From NCBI GenBank assembly GCA_051530055.1, contig CM121342.1, forward strand, positions 9,749,480 to 9,813,479: a stretch of DNA of 64,000 nucleotides, given 5' to 3'. The position numbers and the translations under genes were made by a program. Source of the DNA: Neoechinorhynchus agilis (Eukaryota > Animalia > Acanthocephala). The notes beneath the pieces were generated by a model. That model made no database searches, had not been told where the DNA came from, and worked only from the letters and a program-made list of their open reading frames with translations. Below are positions 21,686 to 35,000 of the stretch, piece after piece (position 1 is the stretch's first letter; every line of letters starts with the position of its first letter).

Positions 21686-24049
21686 TTAATATTGATCATC
21701 GTCATCCTTGCGTTCTTCGATTTGCTCTCCACTAACGACTTCGAATCCTCGATCTGGATTTTCTTCAGCTTGCTCAGCAATGTCCTGCTGCTGATCATCA
21801 TCACCATCATCGTATTGTTCATAATCGGCATTTACAACATTACTTACCTCGTCGGGCACATAATCGGCCAAATTTAAGCGATTGTCTGAATTGGAATAAT
21901 TGTACGAGGAAGAAGATCGTACATCGACTGCTCCATGGGACTGAAATTCTTCGTTTTGGTTGTCAGCGACCCATCCATCGCCATAACCATCGCCATCACC
22001 GCCCTCAGTAAAAAACGACGGAACCTTCTGTTTAGCGTCTTTAAGAATGCCAATAAGGCCACTTGTCATCTCCGCACACTTTGGATCGCTTTTATCGTAG
22101 AAAGTGATTGACCTTCCTGGGTTTCCGCATCGACCAGTTCGACCGATTCTATGGACGTACTCAGTGAGTTCGTTCGGCATATCGTAATTTATGACATTAT
22201 CAACTCCTGGAACATCGAGACCGCGAGCTGCTACATTAGTTGCGACCATACATCGGGCTTTTCCATTCACAAACGCATTCAGCGCTTCTTCTCGTTCTTT
22301 TTGTAGTCGATCTCCGTGGATGGTAGTGGTCACGTATCCAGACTGACTAAGATCACTCGCTAAGAAGTCAGCGAACTTTTTTTGTCCGACGAAAATCAAT
22401 GTTTTAGTGTTGCCCAATTCCGTGAGGATTTCTTTTACCTTTGAACGTTTTGTTGTTCGATCTACTTCAACAAACTCTTGTGAGACATCTACACATGCTC
22501 CACCAATGATTCCTGTGGAGATGAAAATATAGTCTTTTTTAAGATAAGACTGGGCGAGTTTCTGGACATCGGTTGGGAATGTAGCTGAGAACATCATTGT
22601 TGATCGGTCCGATGCAAGCTTCCCAATTTTAGCAATATCCGCAATATCAATCTCGAAGCCCATATCGAGCATTCGATCTGCTTCATCGAGTACAAAGTAT
22701 CGGCAATTGGAGAATTCAACGAATCCACGTTTAACAAAATCCAACAGTCTACCAGTGGTCGCAAAAACGATATGACATCCCATTCGAAGTTGGCCGTATT
22801 GATGAGAAGTAGCAACACCGCCGTATAACATTGTTGTCTTAATTTTGGATTTAAATCCTAATCGATTGCAAGTTTGATAGGTTTGTCTTACCAACTCACG
22901 TGTTGGCATAAGAACCAACGCAAAGGGTCTAACAGGCAAAGGCGAAGTGTCCGCTTCGATTTCATTTGTGAGCAGATCGTGTAAGATAGGCAATAAGAAA
23001 GCTGCCGTCTTTCCACTGCCAGTTTGAGCACAAGCCATAAGATCACGACGGTGTTCCATTATGATTGGTAAAGCGTATCTTTGAACCGGTGTTGGAACTG
23101 CAAATTTCGATTTCCGGATATTCGACAATAGAAGATCATGAAGACCTGAGTCCACGAATTGATCATACGGTTCAACATCACCGCCCGTAACATTTACTTG
23201 TACGCTTGAATATTTGCTAAAATTGATTCCTTGACGTATTCCTAGGGAAAAAAGAGCAGGTTCCGTTCGTTCGATTTCTTCGGGAATGTATGTTACCGGA
23301 GGAGGACGACTCTCCAAATCTTGACTAGGACCCCAACTCGTTTCATTACTTTCAACTTGTGGCTTATCGTTGTTTTGATTAGACCATCCTTTTCGATCAT
23401 TCCAATTTGATTTATCATCACCACCATTATAATAATCATTTTTACTTCGATTACTTTCATTTTGCCTAAGATTACCCGTTTTCCATCCAGAATTATCTCT
23501 TCTATCCAAACGATCATCATCATCTCGTCCCCAACCACTTGAACGTCCCTCTTGATTTTCACGTCTACTAACTGGTTGATCATTATTATGATGGGCGTGA
23601 TGGTTGCCATACCCGCGAGTACCATTTGACCGATCATCCTGATCGGCATTTGAATTCCAATGCGAACTATTTGACCGAGATTGATCATACTTACGCCCAC
23701 GATCATCGACTTCATATTGATCATCTCGTCTATTGTGAAATGGACGACTTTGATACGGCCCACCACCGTATCCACCGCGACCTTCATTAGGCCTAGGTCG
23801 ATTTTGATTTGAATGTTCGACCGGACGTATTCGTCGTTGATCGTCGTTCCGTCCACCAAAATCATTGTTCTTTAATCTATATTGACCTTCGTCCTCCCAT
23901 CTTCTACTCATCCCATCGTCCTGTCGATGATTGCCCTGATCGTTGTTTTGATTAGAACGCTGACCAGAACCCCATCCAACATTTCGTTCTCGGCTAAAAC
24001 CCGTCGGTCTGCCCCATACGCCGTCAGCCGAATCACCATGTGAATCCAT
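21686..24049 (-). CDS. vasa: Vasa DEAD-box RNA helicase (start at 24049 or 24076)
   Basis: GINFSKY, PTPVQ, AQTGSGKT, PTREL, DEADRMLDMGF, SAT, GGACVDVSQ, ARGLD, HRIGRTGRCGN; low-complexity R/G/D/N N-terminus and acidic C-terminus. Confidence 0.88.
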   Translation of the reverse strand: MDSHGDSADGVWGRPTGFSRERNVGWGSGQRSNQNNDQGNHRQDDGMSRRWEDEGQYRLKNNDFGGRNDDQRRIRPVEHSNQNRPRPNEGRGGYGGGPYQSRPFHNRRDDQYEVDDRGRKYDQSRSNSSHWNSNADQDDRSNGTRGYGNHHAHHNNDQPVSRRENQEGRSSGWGRDDDDRLDRRDNSGWKTGNLRQNESNRSKNDYYNGGDDKSNWNDRKGWSNQNNDKPQVESNETSWGPSQDLESRPPPVTYIPEEIERTEPALFSLGIRQGINFSKYSSVQVNVTGGDVEPYDQFVDSGLHDLLLSNIRKSKFAVPTPVQRYALPIIMEHRRDLMACAQTGSGKTAAFLLPILHDLLTNEIEADTSPLPVRPFALVLMPTRELVRQTYQTCNRLGFKSKIKTTMLYGGVATSHQYGQLRMGCHIVFATTGRLLDFVKRGFVEFSNCRYFVLDEADRMLDMGFEIDIADIAKIGKLASDRSTMMFSATFPTDVQKLAQSYLKKDYIFISTGIIGGACVDVSQEFVEVDRTTKRSKVKEILTELGNTKTLIFVGQKKFADFLASDLSQSGYVTTTIHGDRLQKEREEALNAFVNGKARCMVATNVAARGLDVPGVDNVINYDMPNELTEYVHRIGRTGRCGNPGRSITFYDKSDPKCAEMTSGLIGILKDAKQKVPSFFTEGGDGDGYGDGWVADNQNEEFQSHGAVDVRSSSSYNYSNSDNRLNLADYVPDEVSNVVNADYEQYDDGDDDQQQDIAEQAEENPDRGFEVVSGEQIEERKDDDDQY

Positions 24050-24311
24050 GTTGGAGTTTGGTCGATGGCATTGCATCTTAAAAAAAGAACACTCAAACTT
24101 TATACATCAACAACAACAAAGCAAGTGAGCACAACAAATAACCTTTCAAACTTTCAAGAAGTTTAACTCAATCACACTCATGTGCATACCCATAAATTCA
24201 AAGGAGAAAAATACAAACACACTTAACGGCGAAAAACAAAACACACCACATGAGATTATGGTGCGAAGGATACTGAGGTAATGTGCATATGATTCTTCCG
24301 GATACGAGTCA

Positions 24312-26520
24312 TTCTTTCGATGACGTCACATCTACAAATTCAAAGGGCCTTTTTTTGATGAACGTTCCTTTAAGGCTAGAAAATTTAAAAATTCGCTTCC
24401 TCCTAACCTAAACTTTATAGTGATTTTAAAAAGTTGGGTGTTATTCTTTCGATGACGTCACATCTACAAATTCAAAGGGCCTTTATTTGATGAACGTTCC
24501 TTTAAGGCTAGAAAATTTAAAAATTCGCTTCCTCCTAACCTAAACTTTATAGTGATTTTAAAAAGTTGGGTGTTATTCTTTCGATGACGTCACATCTACA
24601 AATTCAAAGGGCCTTTATTTGATGAACGTTCCTTTAAGGCTACAAAATTTAAAAATTCGCTTCCTCCTAACCTAAACTTTATAGTGATTTTAAAAAGTTG
24701 GGTGTTATTCTTTCGATGACGTCACATCTACAAATTCAAAGGGCCTTTTTTGATGAACGTTCTTTAAGGCTAGAAAATTTAAAAATTCGCTTCCTCCTAA
24801 CCTAAACTTTATAGTGATTTTAAAAAGTTGGGTGTTATTCTTTCGATGACGTCACATCTACAAATTCAAAGGGCCTTTATTTGATGAACGTTCCTTTAAG
24901 GCTAGAAAATTTAAAAATTCGCTTCCTCCTAACCTAAACTTTATAGTGATTTTAAAAAGTTGGGTGTTATTCTTTCGATGACGTCACATCTACAAATTCA
25001 AAGGGCCTTTTTTGATGAACGTTCTTTAAGGCTACAAAATTTAAAAATTCGCTTCCTCCTAACCTAAACTTTATAGTGATTTTAAAAAGTTGGGTGTTAT
25101 TCTTTCGATGACGTCACATCTACAAATTCAAAGGGCCTTTATTTGATGAACGTTCCTTTAAGGCTAGAAAATTTAAAAATTCGCTTCCTCCTAACCTAAA
25201 CTTTATAGTGATTTTAAAAAGTTGGGTGTTATTCTTTCGATGACGTCACATCTACAAATTCAAAGGGCCTTTTTTTGATGAACGTTCCTTTAAGGCTAGA
25301 AAATTTAAAAATTCGCTTCCTCCTAACCTAAACTTTATAGTGATTTTAAAAAGTTGGGTGTTATTCTTTCGATGACGTCACATCTACAAATTCAAAGGGC
25401 CTTTTTTTGATGAACGTTCCTTTAAGGCTAGAAAATTTAAAAATTCGCTTCCTCCTAAACTAAACTTTATAGTGATTTTAAAAAGTTGGGTGTTATTCTT
25501 TCGATGACGTCACATCTACAAATTCAAAGGGCCTTTTTTTGATGAACGTTCCTTTAAGGCTACAAAATTTAAAAATTCGCTTCCTCCTAACCTAAACTTT
25601 ATAGTGATTTTAAAAAGTTGGGTGTTATTCTTTCGATGACGTCACATCTACAAATTCAAAGGGCCTTTATTTGATGAACGTTCCTTTAAGGCTAGAAAAT
25701 TTAAAAATTCGCTTCCTCCTAACCTAAACTTTATAGTGATTTTAAAAAGTTGGGTGTTATTCTTTCGATGACGTCACATCTACAAATTCAAAGGGCCTTT
25801 TTTTGATGAACGTTCCTTTAAGGCTAGAAAATTTAAAAATTCGCTTCCTCCTAACCTAAACTTTATAGTGATTTTAAAAAGTTGGGTGTTATTCTTTCGA
25901 TGACGTCACATCTACAAATTCAAAGGGCCTTTATTTGATGAACGTTCCTTTAAGGCTACAAAATTTAAAAATTCGCTTCCTCCTAACCTAAACTTTATAG
26001 TGATTTTAAAAAGTTGGGTGTTATTCTTTCGATGACGTCACATCTACAAATTCAAAGGGCCTTTTTTTGATGAACGTTCCTTTAAGGCTAGAAAATTTAA
26101 AAATTCGCTTCCTCCTAAACTAAACTTTATAGTGATTTTAAAAAGTTGGGTGTTATTCTTTCGATGACGTCACATCTACAAATTCAAAGGGCCTTTATTT
26201 GATGAACGTTCCTTTAAGGCTAGAAAATTTAAAAATTCGCTTCCTCCTAACCTAAACTTTATAGTGATTTTAAAAAGTTGGGTGTTATTCTTTCGATGAC
26301 GTCACATCTACAAATTCAAAGGGCCTTTATTTGATGAACGTTCCTTTAAGGCTACAAAATTTAAAAATTCGCTTCCTCCTAACCTAAACTTTTTAGTGAT
26401 TTTAAAAAGTTGGGTGTTATTCTTTCGATGACGTCACATCTACAAATTCAAAGGGCCTTTTTTTATGAACGTGTCGCTGAGGTTTTAAAATTAAAACGTC
26501 GCATCTTCCTAACTTAAACT
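24312..26520. repeat. Tandem satellite, 132-bp unit, about 17 copies, each with TGACGTCA
   Basis: GATGACGTCA at 24319, 24451, 24583 ... 26427; units are near-identical. Confidence 0.97.
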
Positions 26521-27058
26521 TTATAGCGATTTTCGAGTTCGGTGTTTTGGGAAGAAGTCATGGAGGCTAGCATTGATGGTGACAAAAATACGTTCGTAAA
26601 TAAACCATTGAGAATTCTTGTTTCGTTAAGAATCCGAGTAGTTGAGACGTCTAAATGGGATCGATAACATCAAAAGTAACCGTTTCATTCCTTATTTAGC
26701 GCCTCTTAGCTTTTGAAGGACGCTACCAGCGTTAATCTCTATCATCTTTGTGTAGAAATTCAACTATCCGGGCCCAAAATCATGGCTACAGCGTAGGAAA
26801 ATCATTAACTTTGTTAATGTTAAACTGCGGAATGAATGTTCTTTACTTGGTTTAAGTGATTAGGTTTATGTGGAAGACACGTGCTTCTTGGTCGTTACTG
26901 CCCAATCTTCTCGGATATCATAATCTGAAATGCACCTCAGGAAATGAGCCCAACCTAACAAACTCTCCTAAAAACAATAATCGCCAATTTCCCACGCGAA
27001 AGGACTCGTAATTCATTCCAAAATCAACAACCGCATTCATTTAACAAATCATAACTGT

Positions 27059-27180
27059 CTGATGAGTCCCGCCTCCTGGAGGTTTTTGAGAATTCGGAAG
27101 GACGTACAAACTCTTAACCGTACGGTCTTGGGACATTGAGCGCTTCCCCGACTAATGAATCGGTGGATTGTGTGTCCATT
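27059..27180 (+). mobile_element. Truncated copy of the hammerhead-bearing repeat
   Basis: CTGATGAGTCCCGCCTCCTGGAGG..TGAGAATTC..GTACAAACTCTTAACCG..ATCGGTGG; the GAAA strand is absent. Confidence 0.8.
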
Positions 27181-27914
27181 CGGCCGTATACGAAACAATA
27201 AAATATATAAATAAAAAACACTACCGGCTGAGCCACATATAAAAGTTCTAAAAAAACAGAACTCGAGTGTTCACGATGACCCAAAGGTAGATCGACGGAG
27301 AAGTAAAACTTTTGATGTGAGTTAGATTTGTGACCAAGGATCCGGGGCAGTTGGAAAGGATGTTCCGCTGGCAGTGGGAATCAGAGATCTTGAAATCAAC
27401 TAGACAAAGCTCAAGAACTACTCAAAGAGGTCTCTTCTTTAACCCATACCTCACATCGGCAAAAGCCTTCTGAAATACTGATTATCTTTATATCATAAAG
27501 AATTGTCGTCGTTGTGAATTAATTCGAATTTGGCGATGTTTTTACCCCGGATTGCTGTTGGTGTTGATCATTTATTTTCAGTTGGGGTGTGCGCGTTCAT
27601 AATGCGCTTGATATGTCGAAGGTTCAACGCCACCGGTCGCTATGTTCCACGGGTGTGCGAGGCGGCTGGAAGGGTGGGGGTCAGGTCGGCTAAGCGCCTC
27701 CGTTGTGTGAAAGTCAGCCAAAAGGCTCCAAAGGAATATGGCCGTGAGGTCAAAAAGGAGATGTCAAAAATTGAAAAAACTAACAAGAGTTTATGAGGCC
27801 TTGATAATAAAAAAATTTCGGTTATATTGTTTCGCAAGTTTGTCACAGCCCGCCCAAAAACCTTGACGCCTCAAATATAAAAACGAAAATGTGTTCAGAA
27901 AACAACCTCTTTTC

Positions 27915-28373
27915 TTATGTTCCTTCAACGTTATTGCCTCCAAGATGTTCAAATCGCGAGTTGCTCCATTGAACCATTGGATACACGATTGCTGATAACA
28001 TTATTGCGGATCCCAACCATGCTAAAGTGCTTAGGATGAAAATTAAAGATAGTTTAGATCCGGTTGATAGTTCGGCCACGTTCTTAATTAGATGCAATTG
28101 TAAACAAGCAATTTTGCGCATTATCGGTTGTCGCCACGTCAAATTACTACAAAGATCGTTTTCGTGTCCTTTCAAAACAGCAATCGTTGAATTGTTTACT
28201 TCATTGGATGACGGTATTGTTGACATTTGAGGGGTGCCATTTGTCCCTGCACCGATTATTTCCGCTTCCTGGCGCATTGAGGTTGTTGTTGGCACGGTCG
28301 AAGGAATGAGACTCGTGTTAACTTGAGTGCTCGCAGTAGCAATATATAAAGTAAAGATAATAAATAGAAGCAT
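27915..28373 (-). CDS. Unknown single-pass membrane protein
   Basis: 152-aa ORF with a signal-peptide-like start, S/T-rich ectodomain and hydrophobic segment LSLIFILSTLAWLGSAIMLSAIVYPM. No family recognised. Confidence 0.5.
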   Translation of the reverse strand: MLLFIIFTLYIATASTQVNTSLIPSTVPTTTSMRQEAEIIGAGTNGTPQMSTIPSSNEVNNSTIAVLKGHENDLCSNLTWRQPIMRKIACLQLHLIKNVAELSTGSKLSLIFILSTLAWLGSAIMLSAIVYPMVQWSNSRFEHLGGNNVEGT

Positions 28374-28795
28374 CTTACAAGGAGCGGATCTATTCCTAAA
28401 CTGAAACTAAACGCTTTGTAAATGTAGGTTTCCATAGTAATAATAATCGTGAGTTTTAGACGTTCAAGACCTCTGTTTTTTAAATACGAAGAGAGTTTTC
28501 AGTAAAACTCACTGCAGAGTTCGAAACGGTATTCAAATTGACATTTTAATGTTTTATTTACAAAACCAAACTCCTACTTGTTTTTTGCTTTTAGAGTAAA
28601 GGAACCCAGACTTATCGCTTTTTATCGAATCAGCAAAAGGCTTTACCACAATTTTGATGGGTAATTTTTACTATCTCCAGACACACGTAAATTGTTCTTT
28701 CAAATCACAGAGCTATCTTATTGGTGCCCATTATTTGACAAAATGAAACTTGCGTTAGTTTTTCATAGTCTCAAAAACATCCTAACACTTTTTAT

Positions 28796-29500
28796 CTAAA
28801 ATCTCTGCTCACCAGGTTGAAATTTATCGTACTCGATAAAAATCTCATGCTTCGAGATGGCGGTTCTATTATTTGCAAGGACATAATACAATCCCAATTC
28901 TCCATTGTTTGTCCTCCTGAGAACGGGTGAATTTGGTACTCTCATAATCCAAACTTGCTCCGATTCACAGAACCTCCATCCTCTTCTAAGCAGTTCGTCA
29001 TTGGCTATTTTCCGCTTGCCATTGAATGAGCTATAGAAAATGTATCCTAACGTATTAACTGAATATCTAGATGGATGGAAAGGATCGCTCGATTGCTGAG
29101 TATCTTCATGGTCTTCTGCAATGTGGTATTCATTTATACTTTGTTGGAAACTGTTTGGATTAAATGGAGATTCGAGTCTTTTATACAGAACTTCGTCTTT
29201 GTCTACTGGGATTCCAAGTTTACTGAGGTCCATGTTGAAGACTTGATTGCGGATTTAAATCGACAGCTCCCGTAAAAAGTGTAACCCGCAATCAAGTTTC
29301 ACAGCAAAATGGTTGAAAGCTATACCGTATGGATGTCCACTTGTCTTGTAATCAATTTTAAATTGATCACTCATTGGCATCCCATATTTTTTTAGGTTTG
29401 TAGGCTGATGACCGCTGGGGGAAATTTCCTCTTCACCCATCCTCTCAGATACCTTTGAGCCTTCGTGACTTTGATTCGTTCCGAATGTTCGTTGCGGCAT
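28796..29500 (-). CDS. CNOT2: CCR4-NOT subunit 2-like (NOT2/3/5 box), divergent
   Basis: MDLSKLGI..LYKRLESPF, RYSVNTLGYIFY, ELLRRGWRFCESEQVWI, GLYY, IEYDKF. A probable 84-nt intron lies at 29242-29325. Confidence 0.7.
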
Positions 29501-30879
29501 TTGACGCCGGATTCAATGTCGCCACTAACCATTTCAATGAACTTAAAAGCGTCAAAATGCGGTAGACAAACTGTTAACCTGATCCGATCATTTTTATAAT
29601 CGATCTCAGCAAAGAATTTTTCGCTAATGGTGTCTACAAAAACTCCACCATTAAACGAACTTAGCGAGATTATCGGAAGTACTGTCTTTATTGGATTTAA
29701 GAGAATTATTCAGGGAATTTATTAACATCGAGAAATGATAACATCATTCTTACACTCTTTGGTACGATCCATAATCAATCTTGTTTTCGCAAGGCCGGCA
29801 AGTGACAAAGTTAAAGATACCTGGAAATTTGAGTGTTCAAATTAAAGATTTTCTCTATTTGTCTAATGCTATCAACTGGTCATATAAAAGGAAACCAGCA
29901 GTCTGTCTGGACAATTTGACTACCGTACACTCGAAGAATACAATGGGCAATCTTATAAGGGACGGCGGTGTTGAAAGTGCAGAATGGTATGTCGGACCGA
30001 GAGATTCTTTGGTCGTAGTATTGCTTTCAAATAAATAATGGTACGGTTCCCTGAAATGTTTATTGGCTCAATCGAGCTTAAATTGTCTTAAAAGTACCAA
30101 TACGCGATTCCCCGCACTTGACGAGAAAAATAAAGGAAGTTCCGGATCGACTTTATCTATGTTTAATTAAATCAGAAGTTCGTGTTGAGCGGTTCAAACC
30201 ACGAAATATTAAATAACATTAATACGTCTCGGGGTTTAAACCGCTCAACAACAATATCTTTCAACTCGAATGTGATCCTGCATGAAGTTTAAATCAGAAG
30301 TTTTAAATGTATTATAATTAAATGGGTGAAGAATTTGTACCTACTTTGTTTAAATTCCTTTTATCGCTTTCTCATAACAAAATAATAGTTCATCAGAAAA
30401 AATCACCAACCTTACCTAAAGTTTTGAATATTCTCGAAAACCTTTTATACTTGTCGGTTCGAACTTTCATTTCCGCAAAAAAATGGAAATTTAATGAAAT
30501 TATGACGACGGTAGCCTTTTCTACTACACTAAAAGAGCTATGTTTCTCGAACTCGGGAATTTCCTAAACCAAAAGCTCATACAGACCACGAATTTTGCTT
30601 CCCCCATTAAAACGTTGTTCGACTGCACCAAAATTTTAAGCATAAAAAATAAATTGGAATTTCTTGTTTCGAAACATGACTGTATATTGGTGATGAAAAG
30701 AGACAAAAATATAAAGATTATATTCTTTAAAATCACCTACTTATTTTCCTACTATTAATGTTGTAGATACTTTAAATCTGCAAATTGAGACTATTGTATA
30801 CATATATAAAAGTTAATAGATTTGCTTTTTCATCTTAAATAATTGCTGTATATTGTAAAGAAATTATTCATTATATTTC

Positions 30880-31190
30880 CAGTTTCAATTAGCGATGTTT
30901 GATTCAGAAAATACATGAAAATTTTCAGCCTTTTCGTTGGCCTTCTTCAGTCAATCTGCAATTTAAAAGAAGCATTGTCAGCCTCCCTCGTACATTTCTC
31001 AATGGACCTCCTTTTTAGTTTGTTGTAGATCCAATCCAGTTCATATTTGAGTAGCAGTTGAACCGAAAACCAACTCATTAAAAAATTGTTTTCGGAGGAA
31101 AGTTCGAGTGACTGAAGAAAGCCAACGAAAATTCCGAAAATTTTCAAGATAAATCTATTTTTCTGAATCAAACATCGCTAATTGAAACTG
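30880..31190. mobile_element. MITE-like element with a perfect 32-bp terminal inverted repeat
   Basis: CAGTTTCAATTAGCGATGTTTGATTCAGAAAA at 30880-30911 and its reverse complement ending at 31190; imperfect pairing extends to about 70 bp. Confidence 0.7.
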
Positions 31191-32082
31191 AAATTGCTGT
31201 ATAGTGAATAGAATGGTTTTTACGGAAAATAAAAAGTCTTGGCACTAATTTTCGAGCACTCCTTCATTCGTTGGTGTTCCAAAATATTTGATGTATTTTT
31301 TATGATAAGAAAAATAGAGATTGATTTATTTAAAAAAAATAATATTTCGTCCATGAAGTCCAACGAGACGGACGAAATATTTTTGAATTAACATAAATCG
31401 ATATCTATTTTTCCAGTCACCCAAAAATGCATATAAATGAACATTTTTTTTACAAAAAAAAGATTTTAGCAGACAAACGCGATAAAAAGAAACCAAAAAA
31501 GGGGGATAGATTTGTTGTCGCTGATATGTGTGTGTATCTATTTTTCGTTATTGCGTCTTTTTCTCACTCATAAGAAGATCCTTGAGTTTTATGGCTGAAG
31601 ACGTTAGTGATTAGAGGAGTAATATGTCGTTTGTACTTAATGTACTAAGCAAAAGTGTGCTGAACGCGATCGCTGGGCGGATGAGTACGACTAAGACGGA
31701 GAAGTGTTGAAGAGCGATATCGGGAGGAGGAGACACATAATACAAAAAATAAGACTTTCCTAGAGAGGAGCATAATAACATCGTGGAAAGGAGCAAGAAT
31801 AGTATTGTGCTTCTTCGCCTGCTAACTAGTGCGCCGGCGTCAGTTTCCCCGAAAATATTTTACAGGTTCCCTTTTCCAACTCGATGGCACAGAGGTTGCT
31901 CAGGGCGATGACTGGCTCCTCGCGTCGCGTGGAACACTTCAATGGTTGAGGTGGCAGCGACTGGGATTTTTTTGATCGAAAATCTTTGTGTGTGTTTTTC
32001 AATGCCGATGAGTTGGTTTGTTTTAGAAACAAGAGATTGCCCGCTCTTTGAAAACCCATGATTTGTTGAGCGACTGATTGAA

Positions 32083-35000
32083 ATGTCAAAGACAATCACA
32101 GCTATTCCAATATTGAGTAACCAATGGTGTAAAAATGATAGATTGGAAATACTCGAAGATACCGAAGAATATTCTGAAGAAGAGAGACGCACAAAGTCAT
32201 TTATTGAGAATAGAAGTAAGGTTTCCATATTTTCTCGTTCATATTAACGCAAGATGTGGTCTAGAAGTGAAGGATTCGTGGATAAGTGATGGATTAAATG
32301 CAAGCTACAGTGTCCCGATTGGTGGATTTGTACGACTTGGGATAAAATATGGATTCAAAGATTGCGGGCAATTGGAGGTTTCGTGGATTAAGAACGGTAT
32401 TGTGATAGATGATAACTTTTTGGCACAACACATTAACGTAATGGTGAGAAGAAGGCTTCTGGTGGTGGTGGTGGTGAGACTTGGAAATGGTAATAATCTC
32501 TGCTTGATTATCCGGCTGGAAGCACATCTGCAGTGCAGTCTATTTTAGAAAGGAGGAAGCACGAATCCCATTTGTCTAATGGGGATGGGAATGTCAGGGT
32601 GGTCATTTTTCTGCTAGGTTACTTTTCACTTATGCCGAGCAATACACACGATATGATGAGATCTCCATACCAAAGGAGTCTGAGACACGTCCGTATCAAT
32701 ATCCCTGGATACTTCATATCGCGACACACCGTGTTGAATAACCGCATCTTACAGATATGCTTCAGTTTCTGACAGCTATTAAAAAAAGGATTCTCAAGGC
32801 AAGCTGATTATCGCTTTGTTTCATGTTATCGCCAAATCAATATAACATTTGTCGAACTTTTTTTGTAACGAACAACATTTAGATACTCCGGACGGAAACG
32901 CAATGTGCTTTGATGATCAAAAGAGCTCAAATTGAAGATTCCGGCGATTATGAAGTTCGATTACGAACACTAGATGGCAGCCAGTGTTCATCTAATGGTC
33001 ATCTAGAGGTCACGGAAACCGGATCAATGTTAGTATTCTTGTCATGGCACGATAAAAATCTCTTAATCCCATTCATTTTTTTAATGAAAACAAACCTCGT
33101 TCAATTTCATTCCTTATTTCTCTTCAGACCTAATTATTGTTCGACTTTTAGCTCATTTTGTATTATGTGTTGATTTTTTGCTAATCGATTGGTTGCAATT
33201 TCCTTTTCCACAAGTTTCACATTTTCCTTGTAAAATCAAAACATAATTCCGTTTTAAAGGATTTCTACAATTTTATCTAAACTATCATGAACGTTAGCCA
33301 TTCCCATATTTCCTCTTTTTTGATTATAGTCAAAACAGTGAGGAGGAAATACGAATCACAAAGCATTTGGAGAACATCGACGTTCATGTAGGGATGCCAT
33401 TGGAGCTGTATTGCGAATTTAAGAGCAAAGAAACTCCTGAGGTTGGTTTATAGTTTATTCGTTGATTTTTCACGTAAAAATTTCAAGATTTATTGGTACC
33501 TCAATGATATTCCGTTGGAAAGCGATCCTCGCTTTATTTCACAAAAAGAAGCGTCAAGATGCTTTTTAAGTATAAAACGCTTCTCAAAATCAGACAGCGG
33601 TTTCTACACAGTTAAAATCATTGATTCAACTGGTTTTGACAAGAGTCAATGTTCAGTCAAAGCCGTTTCATCAATTTCTAAAAATGTCGCGCCTTCGTTT
33701 ACAAAGAAGTTAAACGAGATCAACGCCCCTAACGGACAGGATGTCGCGCTGATGGTAGATGTAAACGGGAACCCGGATCCGATGGTTAGTTTTTTCAAAA
33801 ATGGTGAAAAAATTCCGGATGAAAAGGTTTGTTATATCTTGTTTGCGCGACAAATCTGCCATCATTAACAAACAGATAAATCGTAAAGGGATGACATATC
33901 GATATATAATCCGAAGAGTCAATCAAAACGACACTGGAGTGTACAGCGTTACAGCGGTAAATAACGCTGGTGAGGCTAAGACTTACGCAAGGGTTCATGT
34001 CCGCGAGGAAGACGAACGAGGACGTCCAGGAGCTCCGTTGTTTCAAAAATCGTTCCGTGATCAGAATGTGTTTCGAGGAGAAAATGTACTTTTCGAAGCC
34101 ATGGTTTTCGGAACACCTAAACCAAAAGTCCGATGGCTTTTAAACGATAGACCAATAAGGAATTCCCGTTACTACTACTCAAATGTCAATAATAAATACA
34201 GTCTAACTATTAGTAATGTCTGTTCGATGGATAGTGGACTTATCACATTGCTCGTTGAGAATAAATACGGACGGGCTACATGTTCAGCTAATCTTTATGT
34301 AACAGGTATGATAAGTAATGTAAAGTGAATGAAGTCTGTGAGATAAGAAGATTTAGATCTTGATGGAGATGATATCGATTATGCCATTTCGAGGCGGGTA
34401 CATGTTAGGCAGCCTGGCAAGACAGTCGAGCAACGGAGAAGGATGACTGGATTCGATTCATCTGATGCGTATGAATCCAGCGATCGTCGAAGATATAACG
34501 GAGCTTTTAATGCATCGCGATCAGATCAATATCGAAAATCGTTTCGGCCAGTCGGTTATAAGTTGATAAGATCATCAAGTGATCATTCAATTAAAACAGA
34601 GAATCCTTTGGTTGGAGTATTTTTGTTATAGATTTTGAGCTAACACTTTAATTTCATAAAATAGACAGTCAATAAAAGTAATTGCGTCGCACACTTATTC
34701 ACTAGGTCACAGAATATGTCTGAAATTTTTAAGATCAAAAGTGGTCCCAGCATTCATTATTTATAAAAAGATTGAGATTTCTACAATAATTTTCAAAGGA
34801 TTCTCTGTAGTAGCCCGTTTCCTTCGTCAGATGCTTTAAGCGATGATTCAGATCTTGGTGGTGAAATGAGCAGTACAAGAACAATTACACGTGAGAAAGT
34901 TAATGAATACCGTGAGTATCGATTCGCAGAGTCGTCGGAGGCACGAAAGCGGCATCCGGTGCAACGTCCGGTTGAAATTCGTTTTAGTAAACCTCAACTT

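Noticed and set aside
23293-23865. 190-aa alternative-frame ORF over the vasa N-terminus, plus other antisense or alternative-frame ORFs over vasa, DAXX and the Ig gene
   Set aside because: Expected by-products of low-complexity codon usage; no recognisable motifs.
29242-29325. In-frame TAA between the two CNOT2 ORFs as readthrough or an altered genetic code
   Set aside because: An 84-nt phase-1 GT-AG intron removes the stop and gives HPYVFNMDLSKLG. Other genes here terminate normally at TAA.
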